Shown: piece by piece, positions 34,465 through 46,560 of the stretch
Numbering within the stretch: position 1 is the stretch's first letter
How the letters are laid out: the number at the start of each line of letters is the position of its first letter
From: Mobula hypostoma
Lineage: Eukaryota
Length of the DNA: 64,000 nucleotides
Assembly (NCBI RefSeq): GCF_963921235.1
Contig: NC_086108.1
Location: forward strand, 80,292,001 to 80,356,000
Direction of reading: 5' to 3'
Notes under the pieces: model-generated
Seen by the model: only the letters and a program-made list of their open reading frames with translations
Database searches by the model: none
Told to the model about the DNA's origin: nothing
Made by a program: the position numbers and the translations under genes

Positions 34465-36800
34465 CATAGAATGGTAGAGTACAGGAAAAGGCCTTTGACC
34501 CATCATATCTGCACTGATTGTGATGCCCTTTCAGCTCAAAACGCCTGCCTACACATCAGCACATTCCAGGTAACTACCACTCCATATGTAAAAAAACTAA
34601 AATCTTGCCTCACACACCCCCTTTAAAGTTCCCCTCTCTTGCCTTCAACCCATTCCATCTCGTATTTCTACCTTGGGAAAAATATTGATCGTTTATCCTC
34701 TCTCTGCTTCTCACAATTTTACACCAAGTTGTCCATCAGCTCCTGACATTCCCGAGAAAACAATTCAAGTTTGATCACCCTCTCCTTACAGCTAAAGCAT
34801 CCCAGTGAAGCTCCTGTACATTCTCCAAAAACTCCATGACCATTCTAAACTGTGGCAACCACAACTGCACATAATGCTCCATTTCGGGCCTAAGTAAAGC
34901 TTTATAAACAACAATATGGCTTGCCAAATTTTATATTTGATGCCCCGACCAGTGAAGGTAAACATGCCTTTGGCGATGATCTTTGCATCCTCATTGGCCA
35001 CAGGAGTAATCCCAGAAGATTGGAGGGCGACAAATTATTCCTTTGTTCAAAAAATATACTAGGGTTAACATTGGGAATTATGGACCAGTGAGTCTTAGAT
35101 CAGTGGTGGGCATACTATTAGAAAAGATTCTTAGAGATGGGATTTATGAGCATTTGGAGAAGCATAGTCTAAATTGAATAGTCAGCATGGCTTTGTGAGG
35201 GAAGGTCATGCCTCCAGAGCCTGATGAGGATGTGGCAAAGCACATTGACGAAGGTAGAACTGTGGATGTGGTTTATATGGATTTTAGCAAAGTGCCTGAT
35301 AAGTTTCCCTATTGTTGGCTCATTCTGAAAGTCAGGAGGCATGGGATCCAGGGAAATCTGGCTGCACGGATTCAAAATAGGCTTCCCCACAGAAGACAAA
35401 GGGGCATTGTAGATGGAGCGTATTCTGCCTGGTGAATGGTGACCAGTAGTGTTCTGCAGGGATCAGTTCTGGGTCCCCTGCTCTTTGTGATTTTTGTAAG
35501 TGACTTGGATGAGGAAGTGGTCAGTAAATTTGCTGATTACATAAAGGTTGGTGATGTTGTGGATAGTGTAGAGGTTATTGTTGTTTACATTGGGGCAGTA
35601 ATAGGATGCTGAGCTGGACTGAGATGTGGCAACTGGAAATGTGAAGTGTTGTACTTTGGTAGGAAGAGTACAGGGTTAATGGCAGGATTCTTAGCAGTTT
35701 GAAAGAACAGAGGGATCCTGATATCCACACCCATAGATCTCTTAAAATCATTGCACAAGTTGATAGGGTGGTTAAGAAGGCGTAAGTCAGGGGCATTGAG
35801 TTCAAAAGCTGTGAGGCAATGTGGCAGATCTGTAAAACTCTGTTTAGACCAAACTTGGAGTATTGCATTCAGTCTTGGTGCCTCATTTTAGGAAAGATAT
35901 GGAAGCTTTACAGGGACTGCAGAAGAGATTTACCAGGATGCTGCCTGGGTTAGAGAACATGTCTTATGAGGAGAGCTGGAGTGAGCTAGGGCCTTCCTCC
36001 TTGCAGCAAAGGAGGATGAGAAGTGACTTCATCAAGGTGTACAAGATGATGAGGCATAAAGTGAGTGGATGGGTAGCCAGAGACTTTTTCCCAGGCAGAA
36101 GTGGCTAACATAAGAGGGCAGAATTTTGAGGTGATTGGAGATAAGTATGGAGGACAAGTCAGAAGTAGTTGTTTTTTACACAGAAAGAGGTGTGTGTGTG
36201 GAACATACTGCCAGTGGAGGCAGATACATGAGGGACATTGAAGAGTCTTTTAGGCAGGGAGATGAATGAAAGAAAACTGGAGGGCTACACGAGAGGTAGG
36301 CGTTAGATTGATCTTGGAGTAGGTTAACAGATTGCCACAAACTGTGAGTGGAAGAACCTGCACTGTCCTTTTACATCTCTCTCTATCACACCTGAAACAT
36401 CTAAAACCAGGAACCGAGAGCTGCCAGTTCTGCCCTTCTCTCAAACAAGTTTTCGTGGTGGAAATCTACAGGCTCTAAGCTCAGGTGCCTTACCCATTAT
36501 ATTTTTTGCATTAAAATAAATTCATGTCATATTGTCAGCTCAGCCATGTTCATTAACCCAGCAATATCTATTCTTCCTATTAGACATACTTAACTTAACC
36601 TCTACCTTCTCCTCAATCTTTCTATCTCATGACCTACTGCTCCAGTTCCCATCCCTGTCACGCCAGTTTAAACCTTCCTGAGTAGCATCAGCAATGATCC
36701 CTGCGACGATATTGGTGTCCCTCCAGTTTAGATGCAATCATCCCTCTTGTACAGGTTCCTGTTGCCATGATCCAGCCATCTGGAGACCTTCCTCCTGTCC
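34465..36800. mobile_element. Degraded CR1 cluster: minus 3' end to about 34965, plus RT at about 34968-36360, minus EN/ORF1 remnant
   Basis: Plus strand has VDVVYMDFSK and LQKRFTRMLPGL; minus strand has WQLSVPGFRCFRCDR. Confidence 0.8.
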
Positions 36801-37977
36801 TTCAAGCCAATATCTATATAATATTTTTCTCTTGAAATTCTTCACTGCTATTGTCAAGGTACGTAGCATGTACTGGATGCTATTCATCGGACATATATTT
36901 TATATTGATACATGTAAAAACATTGAAGGATTCACCATCAGCAAAGATATTTTGCTCTCATTTGCAATAAGTTATCAGTCGTAGCTTTAATCCATATGCA
37001 AATTACTCCAACAATTTTTTGTTCTAGATTTTGCATAAAAAGGAAACTAGAAGATGACCTAGAGATCACGTGTGGTATATTGCATTTAATGAAGCATGCA
37101 TGGTGCATTTCCTTGCTAAGTACATCCATTAGCATGAAAAGTCAACTGAATAAGACTGCTTGTGGTTGAGGTAATCCAGATAGAATCTGTGTACTCTCTC
37201 ATTGCAAATCTGAGTAATTTCTTCCATAATCTTGAGGAAAGTAGTGTAGGTTGTCTCTAGACATCAGTACTATTATGGCATCCTTTGGATCAGTATCAAA
37301 ATCACCTGCTTTTAATACAGATGATTTGGCAAATGTCATACAAAATTTTCTTTTGGTTGAGTGGAGCAATATATTTTATTTTAATAGTTCCTTTGTCTTC
37401 AGGTTCCCCACCTCATAATGCATGGTTCCTCAGCTAATCAGCAAACTACCCATCTACACCTAGGCCTCTGTCAGTGCTGATCTGAAACAGATGGCTGAGC
37501 AAGTATGTGGCTGATGGAATCCTCAAAAGGGGCTTGACACACCTTCTCAGTTTTCCCTTCTGAATATAAAAAAAAGGTGTCTGGCTTTGCTTCAATACAT
37601 TTCCTTTCCTCTTTCGGTCATTCTGGTTTAAAATTAGAATGTCTCTGTATTTGTTTGTGGGAAAGAAGTCAAATCTCACCTCTGCAGGCAGGACTTTGCA
37701 ATAAATCAGAAGCTGGAGGAGGTGTCTCCATAATTCTGCATTGTGGAACAGTCCTTAAATGAAACATCAGCCAAGTGCACAATGGTGGCTTTAGCAGTTC
37801 GTGCACCAATGGCATGCCACGTACTTCAGTAGGAAGTAGGAGCATGTGCTATTATATTGGAATGATAATGGTGCTGATTTGAAGTTCTCCAGATGCCTTA
37901 CTTGACAAGACACTTAACCTTCTTTCCACACCCTCCAATCTACAGCCATATCTCACATCAAAGTTTGTATTTGAGGC

Positions 37978-38312
37978 ATAGAGGGATACAGCAGAAACTA
38001 TATCCTTCAGTCCAATGAACCTACACTGAAAAGGTCACTGACATTGACCTTTTTGCACTAATCCTACCTAACCAATTTTATTCCTCCCCGTATACATAAA
38101 CATCTCCAGATTCCAATATTCAGCTATCCAGTAGGGGAAATTTACAGTAACCAATTAACTGACTAACCTACATGTTTCTTTTAGATGCAGGAGGAAACAA
38201 CGTGATCACAGTGAAAACATGCAAATTCTACACAGACAGCAGCAGAGGTCAGGATTGAACCTGGATTGGTGAAGCTGTAAGATAGTAATCCACTGGCTGC
38301 ACCGCTGTGCCT
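37978..38312 (-). mobile_element. HE1/V-SINE-like SINE, degraded
   Basis: accaattaactgactaacctacatg...gaggaaac...ggtcaggattgaacctgg (reverse-complement B box)...ctgcaccgctgtgcc. Confidence 0.65.
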
Positions 38313-38903
38313 CATATACAGTATTTTAGTCTAAACAGCTAATGATGTCAGCATTTTTTCTGTTCATGTTTCTGATGACCTATTAATGCCCAAGTGTTGT
38401 TGCATTTGCAGTCTTAAGCCTTCAGAAGAGTGCTGCAAAGACAATAAAGGACTGATCAGAAACTGCTGGGTTGAGGACAAAGCAACCCCAGCTCTACAGG
38501 TAAGGGTTACTTTTCTATATAACTCAGTGTTGGTAATTGCAGATAATTTAGTCTTTTGTGGTTTAATGCAAAGCCGTGCATGAACTGGAGGATGTATGGC
38601 TATGTGAATTCAGTTAGCTTTTCTCTCATGTAACTTATATAGGATTAAATGTATTATTTTCTTGAACCTGTAATTGTATTACTTTCAAATGCACATAGTC
38701 CATATAATAATAAGAACGGTGTCAGTAGTTGCAGACCTGGATAAGACTGGCAGTGAGTGAGAAGCAGATTTTCAACTATGAGTGACTGAGCCAAATGCAA
38801 AGGAAATTGTTATGTCAAGAAACATGAAATGGAGAAAATGGAAACGGCAAAATGGAAGTCCATAGAAAATAGAGAAAATTGAAGTCTGCGCTCTTAATCT
38901 CTT

Positions 38904-39277
38904 CATTCATTCATTCATTATATGCCATGCCGTATGATGTGGGCGATCATAGTCTTTCTATGATTGTTGTTGGCAAATTTTTTCTACAGAAGTGGTTTGC
39001 CATTGCCTTCTTCTGGGCAGAGTCTTTACAAGACATGTGACCCGAGCCATTATCAATACTCAATGTCTGCCTGGCATCGGTAGTTGCATAACCAGGATTT
39101 GTGATGGGCACCAATTGGTCATATGACCATCTACCACATGCTCCCATGGCTTCACGTGACCCTGATCAATGGAGCTAAGCAGGTGCTACACCTTGCCCAA
39201 GGGTGACCTGCAGGCTAGTGGAGGGAAGGAGCACCTTACGCCCCCTTTGGTAGAGACGTATCTCCACTCTGCTACCC
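38904..39277 (-). mobile_element. Non-autonomous RTE-type short element with (AATG)n tail
   Basis: Near-TSD cttaatctctt / cttattctctt (11 bp) and the RTE/BovB-like motif gaagaaggcaatggcaaaccac on the minus strand. Confidence 0.75.
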
Positions 39278-39500
39278 CTTATTCTCTTATAAACTAGTAT
39301 CAGCTTGGACTCTTCCAAAGACGGTAAAAGAAACTACATATCTGCAATAATTGGAAAGAACATTTGTATTCCTTTTTGCTTATTCCAATACTCAAATATT
39401 TAAGTGGCTTATGTGCAAAAGGAGATATTTCACAGTATTTGAGATTGAAGATGAAGAGGTGAGGATCCTAAATACTGATATTAAATGAGAAATAATTATT

Positions 39501-40073
39501 CACTCAGTAGCCATTTTATTACGTACACCTATACACCTGCTCATTAATGCAAATATCTAATTAGCCAATCACGTGGCAGCAACTCAATGCACAAAAGCTT
39601 GCAGACCTGGTCGAGGGGTTCAGTTGTTGTTCAGACCAAACATCTGAATAGGGTAGAAATGTGACCTAAGTGACTTTGACTGTGGAATAATTGTTGGTGC
39701 CAGACAGGGTGGTTTGAATACCTTAGAAACTGCTGACTTCCTGGGATTTTCAGCACAACAGTCTCTAGAGTTTACAGAGAACGGTGCGATAAACAAAAAC
39801 AATAAACATCCAGTGAGTGGAATTTCTGTCGGCAAAAATGCCCTGTTAATGAGAGAGGTCAGAGGAGAATGGCCAAAGTGCTTCAAGCTGACAGGAAGGC
39901 GACAATAACTCAACTAACCACTAATACAATAGTGGTGTGCAGAAGAGCATCGCTGATTGCACAACACATCAAAGGTTGAAGTGGGTGGGCTACAGCCGCA
40001 GGAGACTACGAATATACTGTCAGTGGCTAATTTATCTGGTACAGGAGGTACCTAATAATGTGGCCACTAAGTG
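39501..40073 (+). mobile_element. Non-autonomous Tc1-like element with transposase N-terminal (HTH) remnant
   Basis: TIRs cactcagtagccattttatta / taataatgtggccactaagtg+TA. The interior reads KCDLSDFDCGIIVGARQGGLNTLETADFLGFS, and an extra left-TIR copy sits at about 40014-40042. Confidence 0.85.
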
Positions 40074-40334
40074 TATTGTCAGGTCAGGATGATGTGTGAC
40101 TTGGAGGGAGAACCTGGTGGTGGTGCTCCCGTTGTCCTCAAGCTCCTTGGTGGAAGATGTTGTGGGTTTGGGAAGTGGTGTCAGAGTAGCCTGGGTAAGT
40201 AACTGGAGGGCCAGAAGCCTGTAAATTCGTATTTAACAATTGCATTTAAATCCTATTCCAGACTCTTGGTTCATCTAGTTACAACCACATTCTATCTCAA
40301 TGGGTAAGTCAAACATTTAATTATGTTGTGCTGT

Positions 40335-41300
40335 TTCAAAGATCAAAGTAAATTCATTGTCAAAGTATGTAGATATCAGCATGTACTATCCCGAGATTTA
40401 TTTTCTTGCAGGCATTGACAGGAGAACAAAGAAGTTCAGTAGATTCAGTGAAAAACTGCACAACCAATGTGCAAAAGAAGGCAAATTGCAAATACAATAA
40501 AAAAGTAATAATAATAATAATAACAATAATAATAATAGGGGTGATTGATGAGTTCATGGCCCAAGGTAGAATGGCCCAAGTGCAGTTCAACTCTTTGAGT
40601 GATTATGCAGAAAGTTTGAAGTTAATAACTCATCTCCTTCTACCTTAGGCCACAAAATTATCAATCACCCCTGCTGTGGACCACTTTCTGGAGATCCAAG
40701 ACACCGACTTCTGTAAAGAAGGGATCCGTATGCTCCACAACCACTGGACTAAGTGTGTAGATGTAGGAAGGGACTATATTGAAAAATAAATGTGCTAGGT
40801 TTTCTAAAATTGACTCCTTCTACCTTAGGCCACAAACTTATCAATCACCCCTCGTACATAACCAAATAAATAATATTGAGAATGTGAGTTGAAGAGTCCA
40901 TAGGTTTGGAATCAGTTCAGAATTGAGGTGAGTGAAGTTATCCACACTGGTTCAGGAGCCTGATCGTTGAAGGGTAATAACTCTTCCTGAACCTTGTGGT
41001 GAAGGACCACAGCTCCTGTACTTCCTACACATTGCCAGCAGTGAGACGAGAGCATGGCCTGGATGGCGGGGGTCCTTGATGAAGGAAACTGCTTTCCGGT
41101 GGGCAGTGCTCTCTGTGGATGTGCTCAACAGTTGGGAGGGCTTTGCCTAAGATGAACTGAGCTGTATCCATCAATTTTTGTGGGCTTTTGTGTTTCCACA
41201 TCAGCCTGTGATGCAACCAGTCAGGATATTCTCTACTGTGCACCTATAGAAGTTTGTCAAAGTTTTAGATCACATGCCATATCTGCGCAAACATTTAAGT
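40335..41300 (-). mobile_element. Rex1-type LINE 3' end, interrupted by mariner
   Basis: ORF 41025-41243 has QKLMDTAQFILGKALPTVEHIHREHC; tail lies at 40335-40420. Confidence 0.75.
40537..40854 (+). mobile_element. Non-autonomous mariner element (same family as 6192-6520)
   Basis: Same TIRs and the remnant AVDHFLEIQDTDFCKEGIRMLHNHWTKCVDVGRDYIEK*; ends ctcg+TA. Confidence 0.88.
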
Positions 41301-42151
41301 AGAATTGAAAAAAATGACATGATTGCAGTGTTTCCATACATCCTAGATTATTTCACTCTGCTTTAATGTCAATAATAAGTAACCCACAAATACAAAACAC
41401 TTTGATAAAATGCCAACCACACCCTTAATTCCAGAGCAAACTAAATCACAAATCAGAGTGTTCTAAAACAAGGCTTTTCTTAATGTAAGTATTCTATTAT
41501 TTCCATTGTGTAGATGAAAACATAATGATAAACTAATTATTGACCAAATAATAGTCACTGCAAGTGTAAAGATAAGTAATTAATAATAACAGAAAATTGT
41601 ACCATATCGAACTCACATTCTTTGTTTGCAGCTTATGCAATCAGAGCTCACAAAAGACCTCCAGCTGCCATACACATGTCTGGAGCTAATTCCTGTGAAG
41701 TAAATCAAAGTAATCTTTTGCTGGCAATGATGAATCTTTTTTAGTCTTCCATGCAAAGAGAAATAAAGCATTGGCTGGTAATAAGAAATAATAAGATTAA
41801 ATAAAACCTTCATGATCCCAGAATGTTCCAACGCTTTTTCAGACCAAGCAGTAAGCATAAGATGGCTGAGGAGTCCATTAAACAGCACAGCTCTAGGAAA
41901 TGAGTGCATTGAAAGCAAGCTTCTCTGCGAATTACCAATAATTTTTCCCATTCAGAAAAATGTTACCCAGTTTAACACATACAGAACGCTGGAGGAATTG
42001 CACAGGTCAGGCAGCACCCTATTGAGAGGAGTAAACAGTGACATTACAGGCTGAGACCCTTCATTGGGATTGAGTGTCAGCTCCCTACACTCCAAGCAAG
42101 TATTTCAAAATGGTTGACTTCTTTTAATGCATGCCCTACGTCCAAAATTAA

Positions 42152-42500
42152 ACTTCAAAGTTTCAAAGGTTAATTTTATTACCAATGTACACAGGTTACA
42201 ACTCTGTGATTTGTCTTCTCCAGATAGCCACGAAATCCAAAAAAAGCATGGAAGTTGATGAAAGAAAAGACATCACCTTCCTCCCCCCCCCCACACACAA
42301 AAAAGAAAAAGAAACAGAACTCACAAACAGCAAATCCCCCAACCCATCCTTTGCACAAAAACTAACAGATCACCCATCCAGATACGGCAGCTAAAACATC
42401 AAATCCCCAACCCCAAGACCCTATCACGTGAAAAAAACGCAACAATAACATCAAGCATCCAACCTCTCTTACACACACAAAAATCTAACAGATCGCTGAC
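42152..42500 (-). mobile_element. Non-coding retroposon 3' part (family of 51558-52500)
   Basis: Reverse complement reads tctggagaagacaaatcacagagttgta...aataaaattaacctttgaaactttgaa. Confidence 0.65.
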
Positions 42501-43769
42501 ACAGAAACTTCTGAAACATACCAGTGTGTATTTTGACCAGAAAAGCCAGGGTGAATTTATACACAATGGCAATATATGTGCAATTTATTCACAAAGTACC
42601 GACATTTAAATTTGAATCATATGCTAGTTAAAAGCATAATGCTAAACAATTAAAAATTTCTTGGCTCTTCACTTTATCCACTAAAAAGGAAATGTTAATT
42701 GCCAAAAAAAAACTGCTGCAATCCCAGATTTAAACATTGGGTGTGATAGCTCTTGAAAATAATTTGGTTACATAATGAAAATTTCCACTTAAAACATAAA
42801 TAAATGTTACAACATGGAGTTAGTCCATGATCCTGAGGCAGGATTTGACCTGAAATGTTAGCAAATCTTTTCCCCACACAAATGCTGCCCAACACACCAA
42901 GTTCCTCCAGCATTAACACCATTTGGCCTGGCCAGTCCTTGTCTCCATTATCCTTCATGTCAACAGAAATTTACCATAACTCTTAATTATCTTGATTCCA
43001 TATCACTTCATTTTCTTTATGATTTACTAAGGCAATCATTATTTTATTTTGTTTTATTTAGCGACACAGCAGAGAGTAGACCCTTCAGGCCTTTTGAGCC
43101 ATGTGCCCCCAGCAATGCTCAACTTGAATATTCAATTGTATTCCATGAGTTCTCATACTTCCATGTTAAGATTTTTCTCCTGTTCCCCTTTAATACTAAT
43201 GTGTTCTGGTAATACCAGAATTCAGCATCAATTTTCTCTGCCCTTAATTGTCCACTTGCATTTTGAAAGCATGAAGCTCTTTTAAATCTGGAAGAACTAG
43301 ACCAGTACAGCACAGGAACAGGCCCGTCAGTCATTGGTTGTGTTCATAAATTCTTCTCTTGACTATCTTTGACCAATGGGAGGGACAGGTGTGTCAACAA
43401 ATACTGCATGATCCTTTTAAGTAGTTACTGGTTGATCTGGTGGAGATTGATATATGGGCCCCCATTCCACATTAGAATTTCAGGAGACTTTTCTAATGGG
43501 TGGAATCACCATCTGAAGGCAAGAATTGAAATAAATAATGCACTGATCTTGACTATGATCATTTTTTCTTCCTGTTACTGTTCCTTGTCTATCATACAAA
43601 CACATAATAGATTCTTATATTTAACATGCTGTAATTATTCTCCTTTTATGCAGTTTAATGGCTATAAAGTAAGCGGGGTTTTTTTGAAACAGGAATGTGT
43701 CTTTAACAAGCAATATTTGTGGTGCTACATTAACTGTTCGTTAGTCTCCCCTTTCACTGTGAAACGATG

Positions 43770-44132
43770 ATACCCCTCTGTCCCTCGTTAGTGAGAGAGA
43801 GAGAGCCTGTGGCATGTCGAATTGTGGGGTAAACAATAGTTTTTGTTGACTATAGATCATGGTGTCTCCTTGGGGGCTTTGCTGTTGCTTGTTGGGCTGT
43901 TTAGCTCTGATGCTTTCTGCTGAAATGGGTAAGGGGGAGGAGGGAGGTTGATGCTTTGCTGCTACTTATGCATGGGAGTTGGAGAGGGGGCTTTGGGCAT
44001 CTGATGTTTTTCTGTTGTTCATTCTTTGGGGTTCTCTTCTGTTTTCGTGGATGTTGGCAAAGGGTAAGGATTTCATGATGTATACTTTAAACGTTCCCTG
44101 ATATTAAAAAGGAAATAGCTGAACCATTTGAA
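43770..44132 (+). mobile_element. Non-coding retroposon (family of 13936-14400)
   Basis: Shares internal and tail motifs with 13936-14400. Confidence 0.65.
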
Positions 44133-44585
44133 ATCCCTCTGTAGCTAAATAATTTACTTCAAGAGAATTTGCAAGACAATGCTAGGCTGGCTTAACCAAT
44201 GAAGTATTTTCCCTCTTAGAAATAAACTTCTTGCAAAAGTTCCCAGCGTCGTAACTAAAATGGGACATTGAGCAATCCGACAGTCACAGGTACTCAGTCA
44301 TGACATGGGTGATGTGGACATCCTGCAGTCTCTCACTTAGAGACTCTCAGCATCATCACAGTAAAAAAAAATTGTAAGGCAGATGGTAAAAATAATACAG
44401 GAATATTCTCAAAGCCAGTTTGAAAGAAGTGTAATATTCCTACTGACCTGTAGGAATCTTTGGTCCACAACACCTCAAAATGAAGAAGGAATATTTAGAA
44501 CAGCATTCAGAATCTATTAGTTTGGAACACACAGAAGCATGGTGTTTTTGGCAGAAGGAACCTAACACCCGAGAAAGTACCTCAC

Positions 44586-44677
44586 CTATTTGCCCCATCA
44601 AGCATCTCGTGTTCCTTATTGGAGAGTTTGATGACCAATTTGACATCACCATCTACTTCAGAATCCACAGAAACAGA
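44586..44677 (-). other. Candidate exon (92 nt), unassigned
   Basis: ttacttacag|TCTGTT...AATAG|gtgagg, reading SVSVDSEVDGDVKLVIKLSNKEHEMLDGAN. A plus-strand gtaagt donor at 44680 makes the orientation ambiguous. Confidence 0.2.
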
Positions 44678-45244
44678 CTGTAAGTAAGTATTCCTCAACC
44701 TGGAGGGACTGTACAAAAGCGAGGTTCCATCCCACCACCAAGACATCTCAGGGTTGTATATGGTGGCATATATGTGCTTTGATAAGAAATCTACTTTGAA
44801 CTTCTTTAAAAAGTAAGCATCAAAGCATGAAAATTTTGACAAGTTAAGACAAGGACAAAAGTTAGCAGTCTTGGTAGAATCAAACTCAATAAGGTAAGGA
44901 ACGCACATTTACATGATCTCCCTTAAGAACTTGGTGGCAATTAGGAGGAAAGTGAGGGCAATGGTACAGAGTTTTCAGTGGAAGCCAAACTGTAAATACT
45001 ATGAACTAAACTAAATTGTTTGTACTTTTAACTACAGCTCCTCCATACCCAGATGTTTCTTTTAAACCACTTTTCCAATCTTCCATACATCTCTCCTGAT
45101 AGGGCAACGTGGTGTCTGGCTGACTGAGTTTATGGTAAGAGGGGGAAGCACTGTGTTCGTCGCACCAATTCTCTGTAGTATATTTCTTAACATACATATG
45201 CAGAAATGAGAACGAAATCAAATTGCCTTCATTCTATTTCAAAA

Positions 45245-45585
45245 AGGAGGCATTCATCATAAAGGACCCCCATCACCCAGGACATTCCCTTTTCTCATTG
45301 CTACCATCAGGAAGGAGTGACAGGAGCCTGAAAGCACACACTCAATGATTCAGGAACAGCTTCTTCCCCTCTGCCATTCAACTTCTGAATGGACATTGAA
45401 CACTTGAACACTACCTCACTCCTTGTTTATTTCTCTTTTTGCAGGACTTATTTAATTTAACTATTTGATATATATACACTTGCTGTGATTCACAGTTTTT
45501 TTCTCTATTATGTATTGCCTTGCACTGCCTCCACAAAGACGACAAATTTACGACATATGCCAGTGATATGAAACCTGATTCTGAA
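45245..45585 (+). mobile_element. Rex1 LINE 3' end
   Basis: Reads IIKDPHHPGHSLFSLLPSGR...FRNSFFPSAIQLLN; tail is aaacctgattctga. Confidence 0.85.
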
Positions 45586-45849
45586 CATTGACTTGGGATT
45601 GAAAATCTTGTTTATTTTCCATCATATTTTAAAGTTAATTTTAGCATTAGGTACTGTGTGGTTATTCAGGATATTACAGTCTTCATAAAATCGTGACTCC
45701 TCAGGCTATTAAAATACTGATTTAAATTCTGATGGGCTAAAATCATAATGGGCTGAAATCTTTATGTGCTGCATAGCAACTTTTTTACTGCTGTAAAACG
45801 TGTGGACTGAATAAGCATGAAAGGAGTGACTTACAGGTGTACAAGATAA

Positions 45850-46180
45850 TAAGAGGAATAGATTGAGTGGATAGCCAGCGCCTCTTCCCCAGGGCACCAC
45901 TGCTCAATACAAGAGGACATGGCTTTAAGGTAAGGGGTGGGAAGTTCAAGGGGGATATTAGAGGAAGGTTTTTTACTCAGAGAATGGTTGGTGCATGGAA
46001 TGCACTGCCTGAGTCAGTGGTGGAGGTAGATACACTAGTGAAGTTTAAGAGACTACTAGACAGGTATATGGAGGAGTTTAAGGTGGGGGCTTATATGGGA
46101 GGCAGGGTTTGAGGGTCGGTACAACATTGTGGACCGAAGGGCCTGTACTGTGCTGTACTATTCTATGTTCTATGTTTTAT
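45850..46180 (+). mobile_element. CR1 3' end
   Basis: ORF 45867-46112 (TRGHGFKV...FFTQRMVGAWNALP) followed by a (TTCTATG)n tail. Confidence 0.9.
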
Positions 46181-46189
46181 ATACTTAAC

Positions 46190-46560
46190 ATAGATTATCG
46201 AACTTTGCAGCACAGAAACAGGCCCTTCAGCCCATGATATCTGTGCTAACCACAATACCAAATTAAACTAAACTTATCTAACCACTCATCACCCATCTCT
46301 CCCCATTCCCTGCATGTTCAGGTGCCTGTCTAAATGCCTCTTAAACTCGGTGTCTTCTTCCATCACCATCACTCCTGGCAACGCGCTCCAGGCACCTACC
46401 TCATCCTGCACATCTCCTTTAAACTTTTCTACACTTGCCTTAATGATTTGTCCTCTGGTTTTTGGCATTTCTAACCAGAGCAAAAGACAGAACGACTACC
46501 CTACCTATGCCCTCATAGTTTTATAATCTTCGAACAGGTTTTCCTACGGTCTCTGATGCT
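46190..46560 (-). mobile_element. CR1 3' end, degraded
   Basis: ORF 46289-46483 has VGAWSALP and FKRHLDRHLN. Confidence 0.7.

Noticed and set aside
39150..39277. HDV-like ribozyme at the 5' end of the RTE-type element
   Set aside because: Hairpins are present but I could not assemble the nested double pseudoknot by eye, so it is not called.
44480..44683. Plus-strand 67-aa ORF ending at a gtaagt donor
   Set aside because: No clear acceptor or recognisable product, and it overlaps an equally weak minus-strand candidate.
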